NCBI GenBank assembly: GCA_037133195.1
Contig: JBAXOP010000039.1
Coordinates: 1-26,326, forward strand
Source: Verrucomicrobiota bacterium
GTDB taxonomy: Bacteria > Verrucomicrobiota > Verrucomicrobiia > Verrucomicrobiales > Akkermansiaceae
Direction: 5' to 3'
DNA length: 26,326 bases
Shown: positions 11,201 to 17,378 of the stretch, piece after piece
How the letters are laid out: each line of letters starts with the position of its first letter
How positions within the stretch are numbered: position 1 is the stretch's first letter
Translations under genes and position numbers: made by a program
The notes under the pieces: model-generated
Database searches by the model: none
What the model was told of the DNA's origin: nothing
Seen by the model: only the letters and a program-made list of their open reading frames with translations

Positions 11201-12182
11201 CGAGCGCCTTACGGCCTAGCATGATTCCGAGGTTCACGGTTTCCCCGGCCTGGTTGACGGGGCCGTATGGCGGCACATAGCCATGGGTGGAGGAGCCGTC
11301 GGATTTTGACCAAGCCATGCCATGGCCATAGGTGCCGAAGAGACTTTGGCCGGTGGCGCAGATGGCGGTGAGTTTGCGGATGGCAGGCAACACCTGGGCG
11401 TCTAGGGTGGCCAGATAGTACTCACTTAGAAACACGTTGTTATAGCCCCACGGCCAGGCCACCATTTGATTCAACGGAATGGTTAGGCTAAGGTTTTGCG
11501 AGGCGACCAAACGGGCATATGTTTGCACCTTCGACTGCACCGTGGCGTAGTAAGCATCGGTGGGTGACACACAAGCCAGCAGTGCCAGGCCGATGACGGC
11601 GTTACCTTCAGTATAGCCGCTATTGATCGAGTGGGACGCCAGCAAGGTGCAGGCCTTGGTGATGATGGCAGAGGATTTTGGGCAACTGAACGGGGCAGTG
11701 GCGCTGTAGCTACCCATAACTTGCAGCGTGAGTTGCACCGGCGATGGCAGCAACGCCCCGCCCCGCCACACCAATAACTTCAGAACACCCGCATTGGCGG
11801 ATTTTTCCGCCTCTCCGACCGCCAGCCCGAGGCTCTTGCGGGCGTCTGATGTGAAGGCCACCGGCGCGGACGCCGTACCGCTGGCACCCAGTATCACATC
11901 GTTGACTAACAACTGGCCGGCGGCCGGCGAACCGGCGTCGATTTGCGTTACTTTGATCTGCCTGCTCTCGCTGGTGAACGTTTCCGGGTTGAACATCCAC
12001 TCGTTGCCCGTGCTATAAATCCAGCCGCGTGCGCCGGTCGGGCCGAGGTTATAGGTATTGGTAGTATCCACCAAGGTGCCCGCAACCGTCAAATCCGGTG
12101 GCGCGGCCTGCACCCGTGCTGGCAGCGTGAGAAGTAACACTAGCACGCCAATTCCGGCAAGGCAGAGGGGGTGGTTTTTCAT
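5265..12182 (-). CDS. Giant secreted multidomain protein (PDZ-like / helical toroid-like N-terminus, HEAT-like repeats, PKD-like domain, 4x Ig/cadherin-like repeats, PA14, 3x Fn3)
   Basis: Complete 2305-aa ORF in the track with signal peptide 'MKNHPLCLAGIGVLVLLLTLPARVQA'. Domains recognised by eye:
- HEAT-like 'ARKGACQALGRIKP...DYHVRYYAADALKNLG' (aa ~540-640)
- PKD-like 'IDGNGASLVYTWSKL...TPGTYLVRLGVTDA' (aa ~825-915)
- four tandem ~90-aa repeats (aa 918-1281)
- PA14 'NFSSRHTGYINVPTSGNYTFILSADDNSKLWIDE...YHSLRLEYVEYGGENHFTLYW'
- three Fn3 modules with the pattern 'W..V.GA..Y.[IV][KQ]RS...GG.Y...YYYV'
- C-terminal 'DPDGDGLSNLVEYTLGTDP' acidic calcium-binding-like motif
The gene ends 34 nt upstream of the next gene's start. 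Confidence 0.85.
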   Translation of the reverse strand: MKNHPLCLAGIGVLVLLLTLPARVQAAPPDLTVAGTLVDTTNTYNLGPTGARGWIYSTGNEWMFNPETFTSESRQIKVTQIDAGSPAAGQLLVNDVILGASGTASAPVAFTSDARKSLGLAVGEAEKSANAGVLKLLVWRGGALLPSPVQLTLQVMGSYSATAPFSCPKSSAIITKACTLLASHSINSGYTEGNAVIGLALLACVSPTDAYYATVQSKVQTYARLVASQNLSLTIPLNQMVAWPWGYNNVFLSEYYLATLDAQVLPAIRKLTAICATGQSLFGTYGHGMAWSKSDGSSTHGYVPPYGPVNQAGETVNLGIMLGRKALAVAGDATIDPEIEPAITRARKYFGYFAGKGAVPYGHSPPEDLHDDNGKNGLATLLMALQSQEDMSSHAQYFAKSCTAAYNLRETGHCGPYWAHLWQPLGVNVGGPTAMAAYFQQIEWELDLVRCWDGSFVYHSATGAKAGAAGLGTDSDTACFLLTYATGLKKIYLTGKSQSAANYISAADVSEAITDGVYSLRNDLMALTSDQLIACLGSWSSQKRNWAAAELAKRSDASTKVATLLTMAADLTNLNARKGACQALGRIKPTAAASVLRDRLNDTDYHVRYYAADALKNLGSAASGVLSDMLTSITANAQPVEPINWADPYQIAYGDLGSAAFEGQLGNSISGVSTSLLYPAITAMSQSLGRGCLANTFRNALSLANVQALAPTITTALLTDHTICQGGLANACVSVLSKYNIDEGIPAAMTFLNQEYGRAWPTDSNTCQTALQKYGSTAVGTLPTLTSWNGNGYDLTATIAAIQTDTSTHTLAYFKTINTCTASATTVAMPVGSTNLSASAADIDGNGASLVYTWSKLRGAGGVTFSSNASLTSNTTTASFDTPGTYLVRLGVTDAVLDPNKFGPVTRDLTITVVPDPNRSPVATNQNVTTALNTAKDITLAASDADGNVLTYTVVSAPASGTLAGTPPDLTYTPVAGFTGTTSFTFKANDGKVDSSSATVTITVGTSTNSTPVAQNQYVTTLEDTPKTITLTGSDADLNPLTYSIVTGPAHGTLSGSAANRSYTPATNYNGSDSFTFTVNDGTATSGLATVVIGISAVNDAPVALAQSLSTLESTALPITLSGTDPEGYAISYQLASSPTHGTLSGVVPNLIYTPTALYDGGDSLSFTVTDSEGVVSVAATVSITISPVNQPPVALNRGVPVAVGSATGVVLDATDADNDPLTYIVMSQPLRGTLTGTAPNLTYTPVAGYNSIDSFTFKVNDGKADSNIATVFLSMGVVSAQVYTECYLWPGGFTGSWPDISSKTPDATRFDSILNISNTGWPAGFTDNFSSRHTGYINVPTSGNYTFILSADDNSKLWIDETLVVVEVFPNPGVSAPLHLTAGYHSLRLEYVEYGGENHFTLYWKSSSISQQVVPAGVLFHCLGSTAPLAPANLSATPLDSFVALAWSASPFATSYSVQRSLVAGGAYTTLASGLTTTSYQDSAVVNGSTYYYVVTATGTGGTSFVSNESAAIPVAAPVCVNLDYHPSSSIYMNGISSYSASDRGTASRVAPFDYDGINAAATAVNYWNTGSDGTAALASLKNSEGVATSIGVSALLVTHGSSSSLSGGLGSARLLKGGVTLSQSPNLLSYKTLFKLSGLDTTHNYQLALASQSGTTSTSATYRVGPVQQMVAGGAAASDWRNGLNYGLLDGLIPNSAGEIHVQAMLNTTSATLNGWQLIDRGVRTAAANAYTTIDTCSFGALGAATITDSNISITVPSGTAISSLTPTFVAAVGSTITPSTAQNFANTVTYRVRAENGTAYQDYTVRIIVAPNVVFSNTVLAITAASSGAEILSTGTLIAANHTGTSAVAPITLANGLVFGTSVAQMTSGWYASNQRTDTDAHGKVPLLTDATGFGKFMRSYTWTSSSAEYLDIPGLTPGHSYRLQLITPNPANCSVVVEGAAPVTWPGSQPSLLTAIWTAGDSTANIVLTRYVSEMEIHGYALHDVTPGFQPCPTGLTAVAGDGQIALSWNAVPGATNYTIKRSLTAGGPYTTLGNELGTSAIDASLANGTRYYYVISVSTALGESSDSGQASALPVLPPAPASPPANLVATAGINSVGLIWTAVSGASGYNVKRSLVSGGPYVMVGAAGGTGYTDVMVASGTTYYYVVSATNSGGESNNSGQVSATPISLVTAWRSEYFTPAEITTGLAADGADPDGDGLSNLVEYTLGTDPHGFTPPPLVVTRATGNSFTLSFVARAATGTGYAGCTRKYDLETSGDLSNPTSWQGSPGYINIVGGGQTITLTLPATAGKIFYRLNVRVE
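8340..9431 (-). repeat. Four tandem ~90-aa Ig/cadherin-like protein repeats inside the giant CDS
   Basis: Repeat units begin 'NRSPVATNQNVTT', 'TPVAQNQYVTT', 'PVALAQSLST' and 'PVALNRGVPV'. Each contains '[TS]L.[AG][ST]D.[DE]G..L[TS]Y.[IV]...P..GTL.G..P.L.YTP...[FY].G.DSF[TS]F.[VA]NDG'. Coordinates were derived from residue numbering (aa 918-1281). Confidence 0.75.
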
Positions 12183-12233
12183 GGGTTAGGAACGAGTACG
12201 CACCAAAAAACACAAGTTACGCGCTGATGTCGA

Positions 12234-12269
12234 GGCGAATGTTGATGCCTGTCGGCGAATGTTGATGCC
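12234..12269. promoter_or_regulatory. Two copies of a 16-nt direct repeat (GGCGAATGTTGATGCC) with 20-bp periodicity, upstream of the giant gene
   Basis: Perfect copies at 12234-12249 and 12254-12269, separated by 'tgtc'. They lie 52-87 nt upstream of the ATG at 12182, in the 199-nt gap between the two minus-strand genes. A regulatory role is inferred only from position and helical phasing. Confidence 0.4.
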
Positions 12270-12381
12270 CGGCACCTCCAACCCCATTTGATCGGTGTGG
12301 AAAACTCTCATGCCGTCATCACCCCGAATTTGGCTTAGGCCTCCTATAGTAATAAACCTCCCGAGTCACTTGGACCGTTAC

Positions 12382-15267
12382 TCATCGTTCCACTCCCTGC
12401 GCCTTGCGGGTTCTGTTGCAATAATCTACCAGCCGCACAGACTTCGGCGCAAAGGGAGCAACATGGATCGTGTTAGATCCGGGCTTGAGAAGGCGGGTGA
12501 TGTCGAGGCGCAGCGGCTTGCCGATGAAGCCGCCAGCGAAGCGGCCATTGACGGTCACGCTGGCGGCGGCTTCGGGTTCGAGTTCGTCCACTTCCAGACA
12601 GATGCGGGCCTTGGTTAGATCAAGATCGGCGGGGAGGGTACAAGTTCCAGCAAACGGATTTGCCGTCACCGGGCTGGTATTGACGTGTCGTCCTGCGGCA
12701 TTACGCAACCCATCCACCTCTGATGTGGTCGGGTTGGCGCTCAGAATGATTGTCTCCTTATCAGTGCCCTTGAGGGTGATGGTTTTTCCCCCGGCGATGC
12801 ATACGGCCTCCAATGTCTTGACCACGCCGAATGCCGGGTCATCACCATCCGCCAAACGCGCTACAAGCAGCAGGTGTTCTCCGGCGTTGATCCGTTGTTG
12901 CAGGCGCTCGCGCACATCTCGGCTGCGCTGGGCGTCGCCCGGCACACCGTAGCTTGCATTAACCACAACAAGTTTGGCAGGCTGTGTCTTATCCTCCACT
13001 GGCCGGGTATCGAGCACTGGGATTTCACGTTGCGGCTTCATGTCGCTAGTGATGCGGACGGGGAGTTGACGCGGTTGGCTCTGGAAAACGATCAGCACAC
13101 TTTCAGTCGGCTCCAGTGTGAGTGAAAATTCCGTTCCGCTAGCCGCCGGTTTACTCGGGATAGAAGTGATTTCGTTGCGCATTGGATCCCAGATTTCAGG
13201 TGTGCCATTGACGGCGGCGTGGAACGTGAACTGTCGGGCGGCTCCCTCACGGTTCTGGTTACAGACTAGGAATACGTCGTGGCCAGATTTCTGGCGATGC
13301 AATATATGCAGCCAGTTGCCGGTGTCGCCCGACACCACTTCCAGGGCAGGGTGAATGCCGGCATCATCAGTTAGCACTTTCTTCATGTCTGCGGCTGTGG
13401 GTTTTTCCGGCAAGAAATACAAGCGACCTCCAGCGGCGTTAGTCTTGCAGGCGCTCAGACCGGGGGTGGCCGCACCCCACAGCGCGTCTCGCAGGGTGGC
13501 AATGTCCTTGGCATCACGGCCGAGGGTAGCCGATTTACTTGGCAGCATGCCATAAGCAATGACCACGCCGCCCATGTCGAAGAACTCACGCGCCTTGGCC
13601 AGCGTCGGATAGGGAATCACCTCGACGGCTGGCATGACCAATACCTGATAAGTTTCCTTGTGCAGCGTGATCCCCTTCCCTGCTAGTGTGGCGTCCTTTT
13701 CCCAGGCGTCGTATTGCAACCAATCGCAGTCGTACTGCGCGTCCTGCAAGGTGCTGGTTAGCTCTTCCGGCCGCAGTTTCGCTCCAACGTGGTAACTCTG
13801 CCCAAGGTGCAACATGGCTACCGGCGCCACATGCCGCCCACCGGTTAGCATCAGGCTCAGGCGGTTGGTGTAATCGGCCCAAACTCGATAAAGCGGCCAG
13901 CGTGGCTCCTTGCCGCCGTTATAAAAATAGGGCGGGTAGTCGCCGTCGTAGGGTGCCCGCGGATTGAACGAGTGCGGAATGAGGAAATTGACGCCACGGA
14001 CTTGGTGCCAGTCGGCAAGCCACTTCATCGTTGGATAGGTAAGGTTTTGGTTATACCCGCCGAAAATTTCACAGAATGCGATATCGTTATCCTTGTTGTA
14101 GGTGTGCGAGACCGAGCTAGCCATCTTGGGCATCTGGTATTCACCCATATTGCGATTGCCGGGTTGCAATTGGCCGCAGACCAGATCCATGCCGCCCATA
14201 TCACTGAACTTCTGCAATTGCATCATGTTCCCCCCAGACATGTCACGGTTGAACATGTCGTTGCCGTGCTCCATGAAATGGCCCATCGAGAATACCTTGT
14301 GCTCGCGGCACCAGCGGCTCATGCCCCCATACATCGTGCGGCCCCACGACTCGGTGAAACAATCGAGATATGTATAATAGGCCGCAACCTGGTCATCTCC
14401 GATGAGCTTGAACTTATATCCAACCAATAATTTATTCAGGTCGAGATTGCGCTCGGCCACCAGCTTGGGAAAATCGCTCCCCCAGTCGCCCTGGGTTTCC
14501 GGCTCATCGTAGAAATAGCCGCTGATGGTTTTTCCGAAGTCACTCTTGAAGCGATCATAATGCGGCTGATAGACAGTCTTGATGAACCAATCAACGCAAG
14601 CCGGATCCGCTCCATCCACCGAGACGTATTTCTGTTGGCCGCCTTTCGTGCCGTTGAATTTCCAGGTGAATTTCATGATGCGCCAGGTGCCCGCCGGGGC
14701 ATTCCATTGCAGAGTGCCGCCCTTTACCGATGTCGTTAGATCCACCAATTTACTGCCGTCCACCGCCCCATCAACCTCGCGGCCGGCGATGACCCGGATG
14801 AGGTTCGGGTCGTTGTAACCGGTCTCGCTCACTACTTTCGGGCCCTCGACGCGAAGATCTGAGGCCACCAGGCGTTTGCTGCCATATTCGGGCGGCACGC
14901 GGCCGCCCATCATTTGGCTCGGCCACCACCAGTCGTCGTAGATGATCATGGTGAGGTCATTCTTGCGGGCGAAATCGAGGTTGATGCCCAGGTCGCGGTA
15001 CCAGCCCTCGCCGAGCCAATCCTTGTGCGGGCGAGGCTCGGCGGTGAATGTCCCATTATGGCCTTCCAATACCTTCTGCAATTCGCCTTCCAATTGGCTG
15101 CGTGTTTCATCGCCGTGCATCCAGAACAACGGACCGGTCAGGCGTCGCGCCTCCATCGGCAAGGTGTCAAATTGTTTTTCCAAGTCCATCCAGCCGGGTT
15201 CCATGGCATGCAGGGATGGAAGGGCGAGTAACACGAGTGCGCTTGTGGTAAATCTGGCTGATTTCAT
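12382..15267 (-). CDS. Secreted glycoside-hydrolase-like protein (family unassigned; TIM-barrel-like N-terminal half, C-terminal galactose-binding-like domain)
   Basis: The track ORF is 12382..15594, but I place the start at the ATG at 15265-15267. This gives 'MKSARFTTSALVLLALPSLHA', a typical signal peptide. The upstream 109 codons are low-quality and run through a tRNA fragment and a terminator. The body contains 'PLFWMHGDETRSQLEGELQKVLE...DWLGEGWYRDLGINLDFARKNDLTMIIYDDWWWPSQ'. The C-terminus contains 'VTVNGRFAGGFIGKPLRLDITRLLKPGSNTIHV'. This style matches large Bacteroidota/Verrucomicrobiota 'glycosyl hydrolase' proteins. Confidence 0.7.
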   Translation of the reverse strand: MKSARFTTSALVLLALPSLHAMEPGWMDLEKQFDTLPMEARRLTGPLFWMHGDETRSQLEGELQKVLEGHNGTFTAEPRPHKDWLGEGWYRDLGINLDFARKNDLTMIIYDDWWWPSQMMGGRVPPEYGSKRLVASDLRVEGPKVVSETGYNDPNLIRVIAGREVDGAVDGSKLVDLTTSVKGGTLQWNAPAGTWRIMKFTWKFNGTKGGQQKYVSVDGADPACVDWFIKTVYQPHYDRFKSDFGKTISGYFYDEPETQGDWGSDFPKLVAERNLDLNKLLVGYKFKLIGDDQVAAYYTYLDCFTESWGRTMYGGMSRWCREHKVFSMGHFMEHGNDMFNRDMSGGNMMQLQKFSDMGGMDLVCGQLQPGNRNMGEYQMPKMASSVSHTYNKDNDIAFCEIFGGYNQNLTYPTMKWLADWHQVRGVNFLIPHSFNPRAPYDGDYPPYFYNGGKEPRWPLYRVWADYTNRLSLMLTGGRHVAPVAMLHLGQSYHVGAKLRPEELTSTLQDAQYDCDWLQYDAWEKDATLAGKGITLHKETYQVLVMPAVEVIPYPTLAKAREFFDMGGVVIAYGMLPSKSATLGRDAKDIATLRDALWGAATPGLSACKTNAAGGRLYFLPEKPTAADMKKVLTDDAGIHPALEVVSGDTGNWLHILHRQKSGHDVFLVCNQNREGAARQFTFHAAVNGTPEIWDPMRNEITSIPSKPAASGTEFSLTLEPTESVLIVFQSQPRQLPVRITSDMKPQREIPVLDTRPVEDKTQPAKLVVVNASYGVPGDAQRSRDVRERLQQRINAGEHLLLVARLADGDDPAFGVVKTLEAVCIAGGKTITLKGTDKETIILSANPTTSEVDGLRNAAGRHVNTSPVTANPFAGTCTLPADLDLTKARICLEVDELEPEAAASVTVNGRFAGGFIGKPLRLDITRLLKPGSNTIHVAPFAPKSVRLVDYCNRTRKAQGVER

Positions 15268-15360
15268 TGAATTTATAGGGCTTGGTGTTTCGAGCAGCAT
15301 CGGATTTCGGCGGGGTTCCATGGCACTTGTACCTCTCCCCATACGGGCATTCTTCCCCGA

Positions 15361-15389
15361 ATTATTCACCTCAACACCTCGATTTTCAA
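15361..15389 (-). promoter_or_regulatory. Candidate sigma70-type promoter for the hydrolase gene starting at 15267
   Basis: The minus strand reads TTGAAA (15389-15384), then the 17-nt spacer ATCGAGGTGTTGAGGTG, then AATAAT (15366-15361). It lies about 94 nt upstream of the ATG. This is a pattern match only, and promoter rules for this phylum are poorly known. Confidence 0.3.
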
Positions 15390-15428
15390 GGTGGGCCCGC
15401 AGGGATTTGAACCCTGGACCAAGGGTGC
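15390..15428 (-). other. Orphan tRNA 3' fragment (variable-region end, T-arm, acceptor 3' strand); probable att-type integration scar
   Basis: The minus strand reads CTTGGTC-CAGGG-TTCAAAT-CCCTG-CGGGCCC-A-CC. That is a 5-bp T-stem (CAGGG/CCCTG), a canonical 7-nt T-loop (TTCAAAT), a 7-nt acceptor 3' strand, discriminator A, then CC. No complementary 5' acceptor strand (GGGCCCG), D-arm or foldable anticodon arm exists in the roughly 60 nt upstream. Confidence 0.6.
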
Positions 15429-15451
15429 AGATTCTAAAAGCAGGCAAATTG

Positions 15452-15491
15452 GCGGATAAAAAGAAAGCCGGGCCATTGCTGGCCCGGCTTT
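15452..15491 (-). terminator. Rho-independent terminator (minus strand)
   Basis: Perfect 11-bp stem AAAGCCGGGCC (15464-15474) / GGCCCGGCTTT (15481-15491) with a 6-nt loop. On the minus strand the stem is followed by CTTTCTTTTTAT. On the + strand only TTTGATGG follows, so the minus orientation is favoured. It lies downstream of the minus-strand gene ending at 15820. Confidence 0.6.
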
Positions 15492-15626
15492 GATGGCGAT
15501 TCAGGGCAGAGTTCTTATCCCTATTGTTTTTGACCGACAGAAGAAATTTGCGTTCAGCTAGCGAACTTTTCCCGACAGAGGACCGCCAGCGCACGCAGTT
15601 TCTCAGGCAGTTCCTAAGCTAATTGC

Positions 15627-15654
15627 CAGAAGAGATCGGGTCAGAAGAGATCGG
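15627..15654. repeat. Tandem duplication of CAGAAGAGATCGG (15-nt period) in non-coding DNA
   Basis: Perfect 13-nt copies at 15627-15639 and 15642-15654, separated by 'gt'. A second nearby pair, GCATTAGA[G/A]CCG, lies at 15732-15743 and 15757-15768. Confidence 0.7.
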
Positions 15655-15819
15655 TCACCGGAATTCTGATGGGAGGCTTGAAGCACGCACGGTCGATGGC
15701 GACTCATTCTTTGCGTGGCAGTAATCGTGTGGGCATTAGAGCCGGTGCGCCATCAGTGCATTAGAACCGCTCAGATGCTGGCAGCGGGATAGATTGCCAG
15801 GAGAATTTCTCGATGGGCC

Positions 15820-16221
15820 TCAAAAAGTCCGGCGCAGTGAGCCATTCACATATTCGGCGGTGCGGCCGTTTTTGAGGTCGCCGAAAACCGAACCGCCGCT
15901 GACCCTGACCCGCACGACGTCCGAACCATAGGAGCGGCGCAATGATCCATTCACGTACTCCTGGATGCGCCCGTTTTTGGTGACCGCCGCCACGATTTCG
16001 CCGTCGGTTGAGGCGTCCACAATATCCGAGCCGTAGGATCGGCGCAATGAGCCGTTGACGTATTCCTGGATGTGACCGCCCTTCACCCGGACTGTGGAGG
16101 CGTCGGCAGCCATGGCTGGTGGCAGGGTCAGCACGGATAGGACGGCCAGGATGCACAAGACGAAGGCGGCAGTAAAGAGGCGGAGGATGGCGCGGCGCAG
16201 CTTGGGAATGGGGGAGGACAT
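15820..16221 (-). CDS. Small secreted protein with three ~33-aa internal repeats (hypothetical)
   Basis: The track ORF is 15820..16269. I prefer the ATG at 16219-16221, which gives 'MSSPIPKLRRAILRLFTAAFVLCILAVLSVLTLPPAMA', a signal peptide with an AxA site. The mature part has three copies of '[KN]G[HR][IT].EYVNGSLRR[ST][YF](GSD[IV]V)'. No family is recognised. Confidence 0.6.
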   Translation of the reverse strand: MSSPIPKLRRAILRLFTAAFVLCILAVLSVLTLPPAMAADASTVRVKGGHIQEYVNGSLRRSYGSDIVDASTDGEIVAAVTKNGRIQEYVNGSLRRSYGSDVVRVRVSGGSVFGDLKNGRTAEYVNGSLRRTF

Positions 16222-16472
16222 GGCTGGAGTTTTGGTGGAAGAAAAATCCTTGCCGATGAACATACCCATCGCATCAGCAGAGTCGAGTCATCTTTTGAAG
16301 ACGGGGGAGGCTTTTGAGATTTTGAGGGCAGTCGCGAAATTTTTATCGCGGCGGGGGGGATGAAACCTGCGTGTGCAACCCGCCGGCGGCCACCCACAAT
16401 ACGCTCACCGGCTACCCAACCTAACTTAATGTACAGCATTATCAGTTACTTTCACAGAAACATAGACATATC

Positions 16473-17050
16473 ATGAGTAACAACAACGAACCGAAGCGCT
16501 ACGCCGGGGGGTGTCTCAGGGAGGTCTTAGACCCAGGGTGGGATATGCTATTCCACTGCGCCAATTGTGGACTGGAGAGCCTGGGAAATGATTCGGGTCC
16601 GGAGTATCTGCATCAATCCTTCTTTACCCGCGAGCGCTCGGATTGTGCCCATAACGTTGTTTCCATTGTGCTCCCCCATGTCACTGAAATGTTAGGCAAT
16701 CTCTCGAGGGGCCGCCTCCAGAAACCCGGGAGGAGGTTTTCGCTTTCGCCGGAGCATCTACGCAGTGGCAGAGGGAAAAACTCCATCGCATCGAACAACT
16801 CCCGGAAATCAACCTCGACGCTATTGTTCTCGTTTGGGATACAGATGACGAAGGCCAGGAAAGATCCGAACCATATGCCCAGATCATCATTCGCTGCGGC
16901 GAGCGGGAGATTTACCGGGGACCATCCAGTTGGGAATACTACGCATACTTCATCGACGCCTGCAAGGTGCTGCGCCGAAAGTATGGAAACCGGCTCCATG
17001 ACGTGATCCCAACCGAGCGAACATGGAGTGCGCTGTGTGACAATGCCGGC
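16473..17050 (+). pseudogene. Hypothetical gene with an apparent 1-nt frameshift near 16690-16735 and no clean stop
   Basis: The frame of the ATG at 16473 gives a plausible 'MSNNNEPKRYAGGCLREVLDPGWDMLFHCANCG...VLPHVTEMLGNLS' and then turns into R/S-rich junk. A second frame opens at 16688 and reads convincingly: 'EGPPPETREEVFAFAGASTQWQREKLHRIEQLPEINLDAIVLVWDTDDEGQERSEPYAQIIIRCGEREIYRGPSSWEYYAYFIDACKVLRRKYGNRLHDVIPTERTW'. That frame has no ATG/GTG/TTG before 16967 and a purine-rich first codon position. It then decays into P/R-rich sequence with no stop until 17587. The 3' boundary is uncertain. Confidence 0.4.
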
Positions 17051-17084
17051 GCCTCAGCTCCGTGCGCAGCACCTCTTCTCTTCG

Positions 17085-17126
17085 GTTCGACGTTGGAAGT
17101 TCGGCGTTCGATGTTCAGTGTTCGCC
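17085..17126. repeat. Six tandem heptamers (GTTCGNN)x6
   Basis: The sequence reads gttcgac gttggaa gttcggc gttcgat gttcagt gttcgcc. The 7-nt period is incompatible with coding periodicity. The array lies about 250 nt upstream of the RyR-domain gene start at 17379. Confidence 0.8.
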
Positions 17127-17378
17127 TTCCCCTAATGAACCGCCCAGCCCCCGCGCAAAGCTCTTTGCCATCTAAAATCCATAATCCCAAATCTCCGCCT
17201 CACCCTCTGCCACCTCGTGTGGGCACAATGATGGCCCTGCCCGAGCCCTCACATGCCCGTCGCTCTGCTCGGTTCATGCGTGGGATTCCATGCTTCACCC
17301 TTGCAGTTCCCAGGCTTTTGGCTATGACTACGGCAGGTTTCACCCAATCCCCTTCAGCACCTCATCACCCGCATCCCA

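Noticed and set aside
5282-12137. Numerous 60-306-aa ORFs on both strands inside the giant gene (for example 6528..7448, 8760..9275)
   Set aside because: All are nested in a continuous 2305-codon frame with clear domain content. Their translations are R/G/A-rich shadows.
15390-15475. A complete tRNA gene on the minus strand
   Set aside because: Only the T-arm and acceptor 3' strand are present. The required 5' acceptor strand GGGCCCG is absent; the nearest candidate, GGCCCGG, belongs to the terminator stem and mispairs at position 3. No D-arm exists, and the candidate anticodon region (CCTGCTTTTAGAATCTGCA) contains direct rather than inverted repeats.
15268-15594. The N-terminal 109 codons of track ORF 12382..15594
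   Set aside because: The extension starts at a GTG and translates poorly. It reads straight through a terminator hairpin and a tRNA fragment, whereas the internal ATG at 15267 yields a clean signal peptide.
16613-16999. Minus-strand 128-aa ORF
   Set aside because: It is exactly codon-in-register antisense to the better plus-strand reading. The plus frame has the purine-rich first codon position expected of real coding sequence, and the minus ORF ends in junk ('WRRPLERLPNISVTWGSTMETT').
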